Shown here piece by piece: positions 18,107-29,034 of a stretch of DNA of 64,000 nucleotides. Origin of the DNA: Parvibaculum sp. Lineage in GTDB: Bacteria > Pseudomonadota > Alphaproteobacteria > Parvibaculales > Parvibaculaceae. Under the pieces are notes generated by a model. That model had not been told where the DNA came from. It was given only the letters and a program-made list of their open reading frames with translations, and made no database searches. A program made the translations under genes and the position numbers. The stretch's first letter is position 1. Each line of letters begins with the position of its first letter. The stretch spans positions 1,296,988 through 1,360,987 of the forward strand of contig JAUSMV010000030.1 in assembly GCA_030645235.1 (NCBI GenBank), in the 5' to 3' direction.

Positions 18107-18764
18107 GGCCGAGACTGCGGGCTTTACTGACACAAGCCGTGCGGCGCGTGACATTCAGTTGACGGAATATATGCTGAATGTGCGTCTTAACGGTGTTCTC
18201 TGAAATGTTAAGCACGTCCGATATGCGCTTGTTGGAATAACCATCCGCGATGAGTTTCAGCACTTCAATCTGGCGTGGGCCGATGAGCTGGTCGGCGGAC
18301 AGTGGTATGATCATATTGCTTGGTTCTGCTGCAGATGAACGCGATTGCGTACCGAGCAGGCTCCACATTTCCTCGGACAAAAACACTTCTCCGTCAAGCA
18401 CTGTATTAATCGCCCGACGCAGCAGACTGGAAGGGGCAGATTTTGCTACAAAGCCGCGCGCGCCGAGATTGAGTACAGTTTCGACAGGCGGCATCGTGTC
18501 AATACCGGATACGATGAGCACGGGGATACGCACATGACGTGCTTTCAAGGCCTGCAAGAAAGCGACGCCGTTCATCTCTTCCATCACGAGATCACACAAA
18601 ATGAGCTCAAAGACTGCACCCGACTCAATCTGGCGTATAGCCTCACGCGGCGAGGCAAAGCTTACGCATTGGTAACGCGGATCGAGTGATTTGATGACCT
18701 CACGCAGACCATCAAGGAACATGTGGTGGTCGTCGATAAGGGCAATGCGGATCGATTGTGTCAT
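18096..18764 (-). CDS. NarL/FixJ-family response regulator (REC plus LuxR HTH)
   Basis: LIDDH, LCDLVM, GFVAK; GYSNKRISDVLNISENTVKTH. Confidence 0.93.
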   Translation of the reverse strand: MTQSIRIALIDDHHMFLDGLREVIKSLDPRYQCVSFASPREAIRQIESGAVFELILCDLVMEEMNGVAFLQALKARHVRIPVLIVSGIDTMPPVETVLNLGARGFVAKSAPSSLLRRAINTVLDGEVFLSEEMWSLLGTQSRSSAAEPSNMIIPLSADQLIGPRQIEVLKLIADGYSNKRISDVLNISENTVKTHIQHIFRQLNVTRRTACVSKARSLGLIS

Positions 18765-18859
18765 TACGGCATGAATTTTGTGGAAAGGTCAGCGGATTCC
18801 ATTGCGCCTATGCTTTGGCGACGTAGTCAATCACCCTTTTGGGCTCCCAGACCTGGCCA

Positions 18860-19940
<1,081 letters not shown>

Positions 19941-19950
19941 CACATAACTC

Positions 19951-21063
19951 TCAGGCAGCGTTGCGGACGGATTGGGTGAGAATGGTTTTGGCTTTGATGG
20001 CAGCCCAGTCCCATTCGATGCCAAGACCTGCGGTTTCGGGCGCTATCGCATAACCGTCTGCAATAACAAGGCGTGACTGCGTGATCTCATCGAGCTGCGG
20101 GATGTACTCAACCCAGCGCCCATTAGGCACGGCGCAGGCGAGCGAGACGTGAAGCTCCATCAGGAAATGGGGCGCGACAGGTATGTTATAGGCATCGGCC
20201 ATATGCGCGACTTTGAGCCAAGGCGTAATGCCACCGATGCGGGCACAATCAACTTGCACGATAGAGCAAGCATCAGCTTGCATGTAATCTTTGAACTGGC
20301 CGGCGCTATAGAGGCTTTCGCCGACAGCGACAGGAATGGATGTCATAGCCACTAAACGCGCATGACCGGAAAGATCGTCTGCAGAAAGCGGCTCTTCGAT
20401 CCAGGCAAGATCAAAATCCTTGAGCGCATGGGCACGACGGATGGCGTCGCCCGCTGTGAATGCCTGATTACAATCGACCATGACCTCAAAAGCGTTGCCG
20501 AGCGCACCACGCAACGCGCCGACACGGGCAACATCCTCACTCACATGGGGTTTGCCGATTTTCATTTTTACGCCAAAGAAACCTTCTTCCCTAGCGCGTA
20601 AGGCATCTTCGATGAGTGCACCTTCGCTCAAGTGGAGCCAACCACCTTCAGTTGTGTAGGCAGGCACGCGGGATTTGGCCCCGCCTGCAAGCTTATAAAG
20701 CGGCAGCGACTGACGCCGCGCGCGCAGGTCCCAGAGGCTCGTGTCGACGGCGGCAAGCGCCAACGATGTGATCGCCCCCACAGACGTGGCATGTGTGTGG
20801 AACAGAAGATCATGCCAGATTGCCTCGATCATGTCAGCGTCGCGGCCGATAACGCAAGGCAGTAGATGATCATTGAGAAGCGCAACGACGGATGAGCCGC
20901 CTGTACCGATTGTATATGCATAGCCTGTGCCCGTCGCGCCATCGGTATCGGTGAGACGCACCAAAATTGTTTCCTGACAGACAAAACTTTGAATGGCGTC
21001 GATACGCTTCACTTTGGGCATGAGCGGTACCAAAAAAATCTCAGCATGTTCTATACGGGCCAT
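19951..21063 (-). CDS. Mandelate racemase-subgroup enolase (acid-sugar dehydratase)
   Basis: KMKIG, VDCNQ, WIEEP, GES, APH catalytic set. Confidence 0.85.
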   Translation of the reverse strand: MARIEHAEIFLVPLMPKVKRIDAIQSFVCQETILVRLTDTDGATGTGYAYTIGTGGSSVVALLNDHLLPCVIGRDADMIEAIWHDLLFHTHATSVGAITSLALAAVDTSLWDLRARRQSLPLYKLAGGAKSRVPAYTTEGGWLHLSEGALIEDALRAREEGFFGVKMKIGKPHVSEDVARVGALRGALGNAFEVMVDCNQAFTAGDAIRRAHALKDFDLAWIEEPLSADDLSGHARLVAMTSIPVAVGESLYSAGQFKDYMQADACSIVQVDCARIGGITPWLKVAHMADAYNIPVAPHFLMELHVSLACAVPNGRWVEYIPQLDEITQSRLVIADGYAIAPETAGLGIEWDWAAIKAKTILTQSVRNAA

Positions 21064-21078
21064 CGCAATATCCCTGAT

Positions 21079-21924
21079 CTATTCAATAATACGGTAGAGG
21101 CGCGCCGCTGTGACACCCCAGATGTTTTTGGCATCAGTGGGGGCTTTGTCCAGAAGCCAGTTTTCGCAAAGCATATGCCAACTTGCATAATCGGACGCGA
21201 GATTGAGCACGGGCCAGTCGCTGCCCCACATAAGGCGGGCTGAACCAAATTTCTCAAAGAGATGATTGAGCCAAGGGCGCAGCTCGCTCAAGCCCGCGCC
21301 TGCTCTCGCCTCGGTGAACAAGCCTGAGATTTTGCAGGCGACATTGGCTTCAAGTGCGAGGCGCGCCATGTCGCGTGACCATGAGGCAAAACCGGATGAG
21401 GCCGCACCACCAGCGCGAATAGGCGGCTTGGCCGCATGGTCAATGATGATGGTGAGAACCGGATAGCGGCGCGCCAGCTCGCGGATGACCTGCACATGAT
21501 GAGGCAAGATTAGCGCATCAAATGTCAGATCGAGATCAATGAGCGTGCGGAAGACAGGATCAAAACGCGGCTCGAGCACCCAGAGCGGATCGTCGATTGA
21601 TTGCAGCATTGGACGAATGCCTCGAAACTTCGGATGCGCGGCGAGCGACTTCAAGTCTTCGATGGCGGCGTCGCTTTCCATATCGACCCAGCCGACGACG
21701 CCACACACGAATGAAGCTTTGTCGGCAACGCCAAGAATATATTTGGTTTCCGCAAGCGCAGGTGCCGCCTGCACCAGGATTGTGCCGGTGACACCCTGTT
21801 CTGCCAAAAGAGGTGCGAGATCGGCGGGCTGGAAATCACGATAGATCGCGGCCTCAACGGATGTCGGCCAATTGCAAAAGGGTTGGCTAAGTTGCCAGAC
21901 ATGCTGGTGCGCGTCGATTTTCAT
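21079..21924 (-). CDS. Amidohydrolase-family sugar lactonase (L-fucono-1,5-lactonase-like)
   Basis: IDAHQHVW, LVQAA, IDHAAKP, CKISGL, WGSDWPV; ATGA overlap with the upstream gene. Confidence 0.85.
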   Translation of the reverse strand: MKIDAHQHVWQLSQPFCNWPTSVEAAIYRDFQPADLAPLLAEQGVTGTILVQAAPALAETKYILGVADKASFVCGVVGWVDMESDAAIEDLKSLAAHPKFRGIRPMLQSIDDPLWVLEPRFDPVFRTLIDLDLTFDALILPHHVQVIRELARRYPVLTIIIDHAAKPPIRAGGAASSGFASWSRDMARLALEANVACKISGLFTEARAGAGLSELRPWLNHLFEKFGSARLMWGSDWPVLNLASDYASWHMLCENWLLDKAPTDAKNIWGVTAARLYRIIE

Positions 21925-22964
21925 AGCGCGCCTTTGAGCAAAGGCTGCGTGGGGAGCGGCACGTCGGTGCGCATGAGACCGGCCATCACCAAATCGATCC
22001 AGAGCGCGGGTGGAATCACCATGCGTGCCCATTCGAGATTCTGCATGAGTTCATCAAACGAACCGAAACCTGCAAGCACACTGATAATCGCGGGATGCGA
22101 ATAGGGAAACTGCAGCGCGGCAGCACCAAGCGGAGTATTGTGTTTGGTACAAATCGCGGCAAGTGCTTCTACGCGCGCCATGATTTCAGGTGACGCGACG
22201 TCATAGTTAAATGTGGCGCGCTCGGTATGCTTTGCCGCCAGCACGCCTGAATTGAACACACCCGCGGCGATGACACGCACATTCACGGCTGTACAGAGAT
22301 TAAGAAAATCGAGCGCCTCTTGTTCGAGAAGCGTATAGCGGCCTGCGAGCAGCATCACGTCCCAAGTGGTTTCGGCCATTGCCTCGGCGCAAATCTGCCA
22401 TTCGTTGACACCAAGACCAATGGCCCCAACATCACCTGAACGGCGCAGTTCGTCCATGGCGCGAAAGCCGCCATCCAAAGCCTGTCTGAAGTGGAAAGAA
22501 TGGTTATCACCGTGCGTCGCAGCACCTATGTCATGCATCAGTAGTATGTCGATGCGATCAAGGCCGAGGCGAATGAGGCTCGCTTCGTATGAGCGCATAA
22601 TGCCGTCATAGGAATAGTCGAAATGCGGCTCAAAAGGATCGGCGTCTATGAAATAGGCCCGCTGCTCATGGGGACCTGCATTCGCCTTCAGGACGCGGCC
22701 TGCTTTGGAGGAAATGACAAATTCATTCCGCGAACGCGTTTGCAGGAAGGCACCGAGGCGACGTTCGCTTAGACCAAAACCATAGAGGGGCGCGGTGTCA
22801 AAATAACGGAAGCCCTGAGACCATGCGGCTTCAAGCAGGCGCCCGCATTCATCATCGGAGCGCGTGCGATAGAGATTCCCCAAAGAGGCTGCACCGAAGC
22901 CAAAGGCCGGCAGCCTGTCCAAAACACTGACAGATGATCCAGACACGGATGACACAGACGACAT
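21921..22964 (-). CDS. Aldo/keto reductase, L-fucose (D-threo-aldose) 1-dehydrogenase-like
   Basis: FGAASLGNLY, FDTAPLYG.GLSERRLG, SSKAGR, FDYSYDG, LMHD, LAGRYTLL. Confidence 0.85.
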   Translation of the reverse strand: MSSVSSVSGSSVSVLDRLPAFGFGAASLGNLYRTRSDDECGRLLEAAWSQGFRYFDTAPLYGFGLSERRLGAFLQTRSRNEFVISSKAGRVLKANAGPHEQRAYFIDADPFEPHFDYSYDGIMRSYEASLIRLGLDRIDILLMHDIGAATHGDNHSFHFRQALDGGFRAMDELRRSGDVGAIGLGVNEWQICAEAMAETTWDVMLLAGRYTLLEQEALDFLNLCTAVNVRVIAAGVFNSGVLAAKHTERATFNYDVASPEIMARVEALAAICTKHNTPLGAAALQFPYSHPAIISVLAGFGSFDELMQNLEWARMVIPPALWIDLVMAGLMRTDVPLPTQPLLKGAL

Positions 22965-23047
22965 GATGCCTCCCCCATCCGTTTTATATAGCGGAAGTCA
23001 TTTCACAAGTAAATTTCTATTACGATTACGCGGCCTGCGCCACCGCG

Positions 23048-23938
23048 TCAGATTGTCGATATTTTTCTGGAAATTTCAGCAGCGGCCGCCATGAGTTTTT
23101 CAGCCACATGATCTTTGGAAATCTGATTGGTGACGAGGCGCACATAGGGCGTGGTCAGAGCCGCGACGATTGCTTCATTACCGTCGCCGAGCACGGGGCA
23201 GGAAATATCAAACACGCCTTCCATGACGCGGCTTGGTTCGATCATGACGCCGCGCGCTCTGATTTCAGCACTGTCGGATTCGAGTTTTTTTAAGTCGAGT
23301 TTGGCGTTAGCGCGACGCAAAAGTGGCATTACATATTGCAGTTGATCGGGGTTCATGTGCGCTAGAATGCAACGGCCAGAGCCTGTTTCCAACAACGGCT
23401 GGCGATAGCCGACGCGAACTGTTACGCCAACGAGATCTGGCGATTCAGCGCGTGAAATCACTACGATTTGTTCATCTGAAGCAATGGCCAAATGGCAGGG
23501 ATAGCGCGTGGTGGCAGCAAATTTCTCCATGACAGAACGCGCAACTTCGGTCAGCGCACGATATTGCGGACGACGCAGACCAACGCGCAGTAACTTGTCT
23601 GTCACCTGAAAATCATCGGTATCACGCGCGCGCTCGACATAGCCGCGTGATTCAAGAACGACGAGCATCCGGAAAATCTCACCTTTGGTGCGGCCCATTT
23701 CCTCGGCAAGTTGGGCGAGCGAGTAAGCCCGCGCACGTCCCGACAGAAACTCCATGATATCAAGGCCTTTTTCCAAAGCGGGCGCAGAATAGCGCAAAGC
23801 CTCGGGAGCCGACTTGGCCGGTGTTTTGGCGACCGCTTTTGCCGTCCGGGCTGATTTTGCGGCGGGCTTACCTGGCTTTGCCGGTTTTTTACCGAGAGGA
23901 CGCTTCGTCACGGGTTTGCTCATTTTTGTTTGCGCCAT
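23048..23938 (-). CDS. IclR-family transcriptional regulator with a basic N-terminal tail
   Basis: YSAPALEKGLDIMEFL HTH start; TGSGRCILA effector domain. Confidence 0.9.
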   Translation of the reverse strand: MAQTKMSKPVTKRPLGKKPAKPGKPAAKSARTAKAVAKTPAKSAPEALRYSAPALEKGLDIMEFLSGRARAYSLAQLAEEMGRTKGEIFRMLVVLESRGYVERARDTDDFQVTDKLLRVGLRRPQYRALTEVARSVMEKFAATTRYPCHLAIASDEQIVVISRAESPDLVGVTVRVGYRQPLLETGSGRCILAHMNPDQLQYVMPLLRRANAKLDLKKLESDSAEIRARGVMIEPSRVMEGVFDISCPVLGDGNEAIVAALTTPYVRLVTNQISKDHVAEKLMAAAAEISRKISTI

Positions 23939-23940
23939 GT

Positions 23941-23977
23941 CGTTTCATAATTGATATGCTTATTCTTATATGAAACG
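23941..23977. promoter_or_regulatory. Candidate IclR operator (inverted repeat) in the iclR/fucD divergent region
   Basis: CGTTTCATA-N19-TATGAAACG; a 9/10 matching half-site CGTTTTATAT lies at 22980-22989 upstream of the dehydrogenase operon. Confidence 0.55.
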
Positions 23978-24096
23978 CTATAATTGTCTTGTTTTTTCCT
24001 GCCACACGATACCGATGCATTGAACCTGAAGCCGAGGCAATTGGCTATAACTGTTCCGTACGCGTTATCTCTTGGCAAGTTCCTCTTTTGCGCCGG

Positions 24097-25428
24097 ATGC
24101 CATCCTCCATGCCGACCACGAACGATTTGCCCGCTACAGACAATTTGAATGATATTTCGATCACCGGTTGGCACACGCACGATATCCGTTTTCCGACATC
24201 CAGAGGTCTGCACGGTTCGGACGCGATGAACGTCGATCCGGATTATTCAGCAGCCTATATTGTATTGGAAACAAACCGCGGCGGGCTTGAGGGACACGGA
24301 CTGACCTTCACCATCGGGCGCGGCAATGATCTTTGCGTCGCGGCAGCCGAAATGCTTGCCGAAAAACTGGTCGGTAAAAATCTGAAATCCATTACTTCGG
24401 ACATGGCTGGTTTCTGGCGCTTCATCACAGGCGACAGTCAGTTGCGCTGGCTTGGGCCTGACAAGGGCGTTGTGCATCTCGCCACTGGCGCAGTGGTGAA
24501 CGCTGTTTGGGATCTATGGGCGAAGGCAGAACAAAAGCCGGTCTGGCGACTTGTCGCTGATATGACGCCCGCTCAGCTCGTTGCCTGCATCGACTTTCGT
24601 TACCTCAGCAATGCCATCACGCCTGATGAGGCGCTTGCGATTTTTAAGCGGGCCGCAACAAGCAAGGCAGAGCGCATCACAAATCTGATGAAACGCGGCT
24701 ATCCTGCCTACACAACGTCTGCCGGTTGGCTTGGCTATGACGATGCGACAGTGCGGCGTGCAGCGAGCGAGGCTTATGACAAGGGCTTCCGGCATTTCAA
24801 GTTGAAGGTCGGACAGAACATTGAGGATGATAAGCGGCGCGCGCGGATTTTACGCGACGTGATCGGCAATAACGCAAGGCTAATGTTTGACGCCAATCAG
24901 GTATGGGAAGTGAGTGAGGCGATTGCATCCATGGTGCAACTTGCGGAATTCGACCCGTGGTTCATTGAGGAACCGACATCGCCTGATGACATCTTGGGAC
25001 ACGCAGAAATCCGGCGCGCCGTTCATCCCATCAAAGTTGCAACCGGCGAGATGTGTCAGAATCGTATTTTGTTCAAGCAATTCATGCAGGCCGATGCACT
25101 GGACATTGTGCAGATCGACGCCGTGCGTGTCGGCGGACTTAATGAAAATCTTGCGACAATGGTAATGGCGGCAAAATTCGGCAAGCTCATCTGCCCGCAT
25201 GCGGGTGGCGTCGGCCTCTGTGAGTATGCCCAGCACCTGTCGATGATCGATTATCTGGTCATTTCAGGCAGCATGGAGGGGCGCGTTTGCGAATTCGTCG
25301 ACCATTTGCACGAGCATTTTATTGATCCCTGCATTGTCGAGGATGGTCACTACGTAACGCCGCTGGCTGCGGGTTTCAGTATCGAGATGAAGCCACAATC
25401 GATTGCAGACTTTACCCACATCAAATGA
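24097..25428 (+). CDS. fucD: L-fuconate dehydratase
   Basis: DIRFPTS..HGSDAMN.DPDYSAAY, FTIGRGN, YTTSAGWLGY, DANQ, CPHAGGVGLCE, HLHEHF; start codon uncertain. Confidence 0.92.
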   Translation: MPSSMPTTNDLPATDNLNDISITGWHTHDIRFPTSRGLHGSDAMNVDPDYSAAYIVLETNRGGLEGHGLTFTIGRGNDLCVAAAEMLAEKLVGKNLKSITSDMAGFWRFITGDSQLRWLGPDKGVVHLATGAVVNAVWDLWAKAEQKPVWRLVADMTPAQLVACIDFRYLSNAITPDEALAIFKRAATSKAERITNLMKRGYPAYTTSAGWLGYDDATVRRAASEAYDKGFRHFKLKVGQNIEDDKRRARILRDVIGNNARLMFDANQVWEVSEAIASMVQLAEFDPWFIEEPTSPDDILGHAEIRRAVHPIKVATGEMCQNRILFKQFMQADALDIVQIDAVRVGGLNENLATMVMAAKFGKLICPHAGGVGLCEYAQHLSMIDYLVISGSMEGRVCEFVDHLHEHFIDPCIVEDGHYVTPLAAGFSIEMKPQSIADFTHIK

Positions 25429-26413
25429 GCGTGGCGTCAACGACGCTCGCGACTTGTGCGGCAATGTCGCTGATATTTTTTTGACCGAGAATAACGGCGA
25501 GAAGAAGCCGCGCTTTAGGACCGCTTAAGTCTCCACAGAAAATGGCACCCGCACGTTTCAGATCAGCGCCCCCGCCCTGCCCGTAGATCGGCGCGACGCG
25601 CCCCTCGGGTGAGCGTGATGTGATGAGGACCGGAATTTTCTTTGCTGTGAGTTCTGCCACGATGTCTACAATCACAGGTGTTGCGTTGCCACGCCCCGTG
25701 GCGGACAGCACGAGACCTTTAGGCGGATTGTCGGCGATAAGTCGAACGAGGCGCTCGCCGCCACCCAATGTAAGCGTGATGAGATCAACAGGGCGAGCGG
25801 GCGCGACGAGGTCGAAACGCGGATAGGATGCGGGACGGCGCGTAAGACGCACAATGTCCTGATCAACTGCACCCAGTGGACCATTCGATGAACCGAACGT
25901 GTAGCGCCGCGCGCTGTGCATCTTTGTGGCATCACGCGCCGAGAGCACATCGCCGTCAAATGTGATGAGGACACCGAGACTCTGAGCCTGAGTGCTTGCG
26001 GCCACACGGATAGCGTCAGCGAGATTGCGTGGGCCGTCGCGGTCTTGTTCGTCAGCGGCAGCTTGTGCGCCTGTGAACACAACGGGCTTTCCCGGAGCGA
26101 GCATCAGATCAGCGAGGAAGGCTGTTTCCTCCAACGTGTCTGTGCCGTGAGTGACGACAATACCGATAACATCGGCACGAGCGCGTTCTATCACTATGGC
26201 GTTGACGATCAACTCAGCATCATCGAGCGAAAGGCTCGCACTGTTCTTGGCAAGGATGTTGCGGCCTTCGACTTGAGGTAAGTTCTCTACCTTCAGCCTG
26301 CTCAGCAAATCCGTAACACTCAATGAGGTGCTGACCGAGCCTTTGGTGACATCGAAGGCGGACGCAATCGTTCCTCCTGTTGTCAGAACGACAACGCGAC
26401 CAGTCTGCGACAT
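25421..26413 (-). CDS. Asparaginase/glutaminase family protein
   Basis: TTGGTIAS and HGTDTLEE catalytic Thr motifs, ATKMHS. Confidence 0.92.
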   Translation of the reverse strand: MSQTGRVVVLTTGGTIASAFDVTKGSVSTSLSVTDLLSRLKVENLPQVEGRNILAKNSASLSLDDAELIVNAIVIERARADVIGIVVTHGTDTLEETAFLADLMLAPGKPVVFTGAQAAADEQDRDGPRNLADAIRVAASTQAQSLGVLITFDGDVLSARDATKMHSARRYTFGSSNGPLGAVDQDIVRLTRRPASYPRFDLVAPARPVDLITLTLGGGERLVRLIADNPPKGLVLSATGRGNATPVIVDIVAELTAKKIPVLITSRSPEGRVAPIYGQGGGADLKRAGAIFCGDLSGPKARLLLAVILGQKNISDIAAQVASVVDATLI

Positions 26414-26505
26414 GGATCCCCCTCAGCCTTTGCTTCCTTTGTGCGAGCCTCGCATAAAGCGTTCCCCTACAAAAGAGTGTGGACAAGCAAAAAAGGTTCA
26501 CGGGC

Positions 26506-26934
26506 CTAGTTCATATATTGCTCGTTGCCGACAAAGCCGATTTTGGTGACACCTAAACGCTGAGCAGCGGACAGCACCCTAGCGACCACGTCGTACTCAA
26601 CATTACGGTCGGGGCGGAGGTGTACTTCCGGTGCGGGGTCGGCGATGGCGGCAGCGGCGAGCTTATCTTCCAGCTCCAATTCATCGGCGAGTTTGACGCC
26701 GTTCCACCATGAGAAACCTTCCGCATCGACCTGCAACTGCACGACGCTTGGCTTTACGGGTTCCTTTTGCAGTGTCACTGACTGGGGCATATCGAGTTTG
26801 ATCGCGTGCGTTTGCAACGGGATCGTGATGATGAGCATAACGAGAAGTACGAGAAGCACGTCGATCAGGGGTGTCGTATTGATCTCCATCATCGGATCGT
26901 CTTCAGCGCCCGGTCCACCAACATTCATGGCCAT
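26506..26934 (-). CDS. exbD: ExbD/TolR biopolymer transport protein
   Basis: EINTTPLIDVLLVLL. Confidence 0.92.
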   Translation of the reverse strand: MAMNVGGPGAEDDPMMEINTTPLIDVLLVLLVMLIITIPLQTHAIKLDMPQSVTLQKEPVKPSVVQLQVDAEGFSWWNGVKLADELELEDKLAAAAIADPAPEVHLRPDRNVEYDVVARVLSAAQRLGVTKIGFVGNEQYMN

Positions 26935-26947
26935 AATAATTGCTCCT

Positions 26948-27373
26948 CTAGTTGCCGAGCTGGGGTTCTGTAACGAAGCCGACTTTGGCGATGCCGGAGC
27001 GCTGGATGTCGAGGATGAGACGCCCCACAGCTTCAAAGCGCACCGACTGATCGCCGCGCACCTGAATTTCGGGTTGCGGGTCCATGATCGCAAGAGTTTC
27101 GAGCTGCTTCATCATAGCTTCACGATTAGGCACCAATGTCGCGTTCCAGAAATAGCGACCTTCTGCGTCAACAGCGATGGTGATGTTTTTAGGCTCCGTC
27201 ACGTTGATCACGCTACTGGTTTTAGGAAGCGTGATCGGTACAGTCTGAATCGCCACCGGAATGGTGATAAGGAAGATGATGAGCAGGACCAGCATTACGT
27301 CGACAAGTGGCGTTGTATTGATGGTCGAGATAACCTCATCATCGTCGTCGTCGCTCGCAAAACTCATTGCCAT
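26948..27373 (-). CDS. exbD: ExbD/TolR biopolymer transport protein
   Basis: INTTPLVDVMLVLLIIF, VRGD. Confidence 0.92.
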   Translation of the reverse strand: MAMSFASDDDDDEVISTINTTPLVDVMLVLLIIFLITIPVAIQTVPITLPKTSSVINVTEPKNITIAVDAEGRYFWNATLVPNREAMMKQLETLAIMDPQPEIQVRGDQSVRFEAVGRLILDIQRSGIAKVGFVTEPQLGN

Positions 27374-27383
27374 GATGGGCCTT

Positions 27384-28259
27384 TCAGGCAATTTTGCCGG
27401 TGAGGATGCGGAGCTGTACTTCGGTGGCAAAACGACGCGCGCAGCCAGCAATTGCCTTGTTGCGGCGGGTGAGAAGATTGTAACCAAGCACGGCGGGCAC
27501 AGCGACAGCGAGACCGATGGCCGTCATGATGAGACTTTCGCCGACGGGGCCGGCCACTTTGTCGATCGAAGCTTGTCCCGACACGCCAATGGCGACGAGC
27601 GCATGATAGATTCCCCAGACCGTGCCGAACAGACCGACGAAGGGCGCTGTTGAGCCGACGGTGGCGAGAAACGCGAGGCCGCCCTGAAGTTTAGCTGTCA
27701 GATTTTCAACAGCGCGGTGCAGGGCCGCCATCGTCCAATCAGACAGCGTGACTTCGCTTGAGAGACCTTTCGAGAATTGTACTACTGCTTCTTCGCCGCC
27801 TTCGGCGATGCCGCGATAGGTGTTATTGCGCGGCAGCGCCGCGATACCGTCACGTAAAGTCTCGGTTGGCACAAAGAGTTTGATGACACGATTGAACTGG
27901 CTGAACTGACGACGCTGTTCGATGAGCTTGGTAATGAGGAAGTACCATGTCCCCATCGACATGAAACCGAGGATCATCAACGTGCCTTTGGCAACGCTGT
28001 CACCTTGCGCCCAGAGGGCTTCGAGACCATAGGGATTTGCCGGCCCAGGCACCGCTGCGGCGTCGACAGGAGCGGCTAAGGGGTCCGTTGCTGCGACATC
28101 AGCTGTTGCCGGCGTTGCGGCGGGTGTTGTAGCGGCTGCGACCGTGGACTCGGCATCCGCCCGCGCTACGGCCGGGAGGGTCACATAAGCCACACCCAGC
28201 GCCAGCACCATTGCTGCGGTGGCGGATTTGAGGGTCACAAAAATTGCGGGGGTCTTCAT
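27384..28259 (-). CDS. exbB: ExbB (MotA/TolQ/ExbB proton channel)
   Basis: LATVGSTAPFVGLFGTVWGI, VAGPVGESLIMTAIGL. Confidence 0.93.
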   Translation of the reverse strand: MKTPAIFVTLKSATAAMVLALGVAYVTLPAVARADAESTVAAATTPAATPATADVAATDPLAAPVDAAAVPGPANPYGLEALWAQGDSVAKGTLMILGFMSMGTWYFLITKLIEQRRQFSQFNRVIKLFVPTETLRDGIAALPRNNTYRGIAEGGEEAVVQFSKGLSSEVTLSDWTMAALHRAVENLTAKLQGGLAFLATVGSTAPFVGLFGTVWGIYHALVAIGVSGQASIDKVAGPVGESLIMTAIGLAVAVPAVLGYNLLTRRNKAIAGCARRFATEVQLRILTGKIA

Positions 28260-28311
28260 TTGTTTCGTTCCTTGTACTCTCAACAGGTAAGAATTGTTCT
28301 GTGTGGCGTGA

Positions 28312-28938
28312 TCAATCGGTGAGCTTGAAAATCACCGAGTATTTCATCCAATGGCCCGCGGGACGGCCGTCGAGGATCGCGGGTTTAAAGGTCCATTTGC
28401 GGCGCGCATGAATGAGTGCCACTTTGTCGAGCCGCTCAAAGCCGCTTGACGATTCAACCTTGCCGTCTGTTACCTTGCCTGTTTCTGACACATAGAGAAG
28501 GAGGCCTACGCGACCCTCCTCGCCATTGCGACGCGAGGCGGGTGGGTAAGGCGGTTGTGTATTCCCCTGCACCGGGATGGCTTGCGGAATCGCCGGTGCG
28601 GGCTCTCGTACGACGGGCACGACTTCGGGCTTTGCCATCTGCACTTGCCTGATAGTGTTTTGCGGCGCGACCGGCGGTGGCGTGAGCTTCACCTTGGGCG
28701 GTGGCACATAGGCCTCTTTGGGTTTTACAGTTTCTGGTGGCGGTGGCGCAGTCGGAGCGGGCACGGGAGGCTCGGCGATGAGCGCCACTTCCAAAGGTTC
28801 CTGCACCGCTTCGATGACGTCACGCGCGAGACCACTCATCAAAGCCCAGATGAGGAGCGCATGGACGCCGACGGCCACACCCAATCCAATCATCCGGCGC
28901 GTCGGCGGCGGACCATCTGAATAGGCCAACATACTCAT
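28312..28938 (-). CDS. tonB: Energy transducer TonB
   Basis: N-terminal TM with VH, Pro-rich linker, YPPASRRNGEEG, SSGFERLD. Confidence 0.92.
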   Translation of the reverse strand: MSMLAYSDGPPPTRRMIGLGVAVGVHALLIWALMSGLARDVIEAVQEPLEVALIAEPPVPAPTAPPPPETVKPKEAYVPPPKVKLTPPPVAPQNTIRQVQMAKPEVVPVVREPAPAIPQAIPVQGNTQPPYPPASRRNGEEGRVGLLLYVSETGKVTDGKVESSSGFERLDKVALIHARRKWTFKPAILDGRPAGHWMKYSVIFKLTD

Positions 28939-28999
28939 TTCCTATTCCTATCCTTTAGGTGAGCAATGCCGGGGAGCGCATCGCCTGTATTGGACTCAT

Positions 29000-29015
29000 T
29001 GCACGAGAAGTGCCA
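29000..29015 (-). promoter_or_regulatory. Sigma54 (RpoN) -24/-12 promoter of the tonB-exbBDD operon
   Basis: Minus strand TGGCAC-TTCTC-GTGCA, exact GG-N10-GC spacing, about 60 bp upstream of tonB. Confidence 0.65.
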
Positions 29016-29034
29016 AGTGGATCGCTGTGAACTG

